Below, piece by piece: positions 63,346 through 64,000 of a stretch of 64,000 bases of DNA. Below the pieces are notes generated by a model, which saw only the letters and a list, made by a program, of their open reading frames with translations, was not told where the DNA came from and did not search any database. The DNA comes from Armatimonadota bacterium (GTDB lineage Bacteria > Armatimonadota > SYMT01): NCBI GenBank assembly GCA_046292385.1, contig JBKBRF010000004.1:32001-96000 (forward strand). The letters are read 5' to 3'. The stretch's first letter is position 1; the number at the start of each line of letters is the position of its first letter. Made by a program: the position numbers and the translations under genes.

Positions 63346-64000
63346 CTACCTCGCCGGGTCTCCGCAGTTCCCGGAGCCGGCCGCTTTGGCATCGCCATCA
63401 CAGCCGGACGGCGGTGCGAAGAGCGACTCCGGCAGCGGCTCCTCGGATCCCGTGAAGTCGGTCCAGAGGGCGGCGGTATAGATCCCGCTGGAGTTCACCA
63501 GGTCGCTCACGTACTCCAGCCGGTCGCCCCTCCGGAACATCCTCCAGGTGAATTCCAGGCCGTAGGGTCCGTTCGGCTCGTGGTAGAACTCGACGCGAGA
63601 ATTCCCGACTCGCTCATATCCCAGGAATACCGCGGTCTCGGTGACGCTCGGCGGTATGAGGGTACCGGTCAGCGGAAAGGAGTTGCAGCGGCCCGTACCG
63701 AGATCCACCTCGTAGAGGCGCTGGAGGTCATATCGGCTAATCAGGCGGATCGTGTGGTTGAAGTGCGGGCGCTGGCGGATGTCCACCCGCTCCCGGTTGC
63801 TGAGACTGTCGAAGTGCCGCTGCTCCTGTGAAGTCACTTCCATCGTGGAATTGAAGGCGTAACGACGGGTGACGAAGGCAGGATAGACCAAGCGCGAAGG
63901 GCTCGGGGCGTCTCCGGCACTCCCCAAGTCTCCCGGTGAGCCGGCGGAGCTCGGGGCGATCTCGCCGTGCGCCGGGTGAGCGCCGGGGCCGGGAGGGCAA
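63346..64000 (-). CDS. Ependymin-related/LolA-fold-like protein, 5'-truncated
   Basis: Frame open to the window edge; FD...NRERV, LYEVD..TGRC...PL, terminal DF.......SLFAPPSGC. Confidence 0.55.
   Translation of the reverse strand, partial: CPPGPGAHPAHGEIAPSSAGSPGDLGSAGDAPSPSRLVYPAFVTRRYAFNSTMEVTSQEQRHFDSLSNRERVDIRQRPHFNHTIRLISRYDLQRLYEVDLGTGRCNSFPLTGTLIPPSVTETAVFLGYERVGNSRVEFYHEPNGPYGLEFTWRMFRRGDRLEYVSDLVNSSGIYTAALWTDFTGSEEPLPESLFAPPSGCDGDAKAAGSGNCGDPAR

Overview
GC-rich bacterial chromosomal window. Armatimonadota is a guess from gene content and is not verifiable here. From left to right it holds: secreted and envelope proteins (S55/SpoIVB-like + propeller protein truncated at the window start, methyltransferase, PBP-A-like serine hydrolase, SBBP/Fn3 protein, amidase, nagA); an unusual ABC-2 cluster whose permeases are fused to TPR and redox-inactive thioredoxin-like domains; a beta-barrel gene flanked by two paralogous secreted proteins; a complete ctaA-ctaB fusion + alternative complex III (actABCDEF, actG-like) + SCO + caa3 oxidase operon; an ABC-2 pair; a ~5 kb lower-GC Rhs toxin/immunity island bounded by a 36-bp direct repeat and ending in a TPR + C39-like peptidase gene frameshifted at a heptamer repeat; a hybrid histidine kinase; lipoate ligase and gcvH; a liv operon interrupted by a Tat-exported phosphodiesterase; a homocysteine methyltransferase; a NikR-like regulator lacking its nickel ligands; a small secreted peptide coupled to a membrane TPR protein; NUDIX, NIPSNAP, DUF1501 and LOG genes; and a truncated ependymin-like protein. 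Several intergenic elements are built from hexamer/heptamer repeat arms. I saw no rRNA, tRNA, CRISPR array, integrase or transposase.
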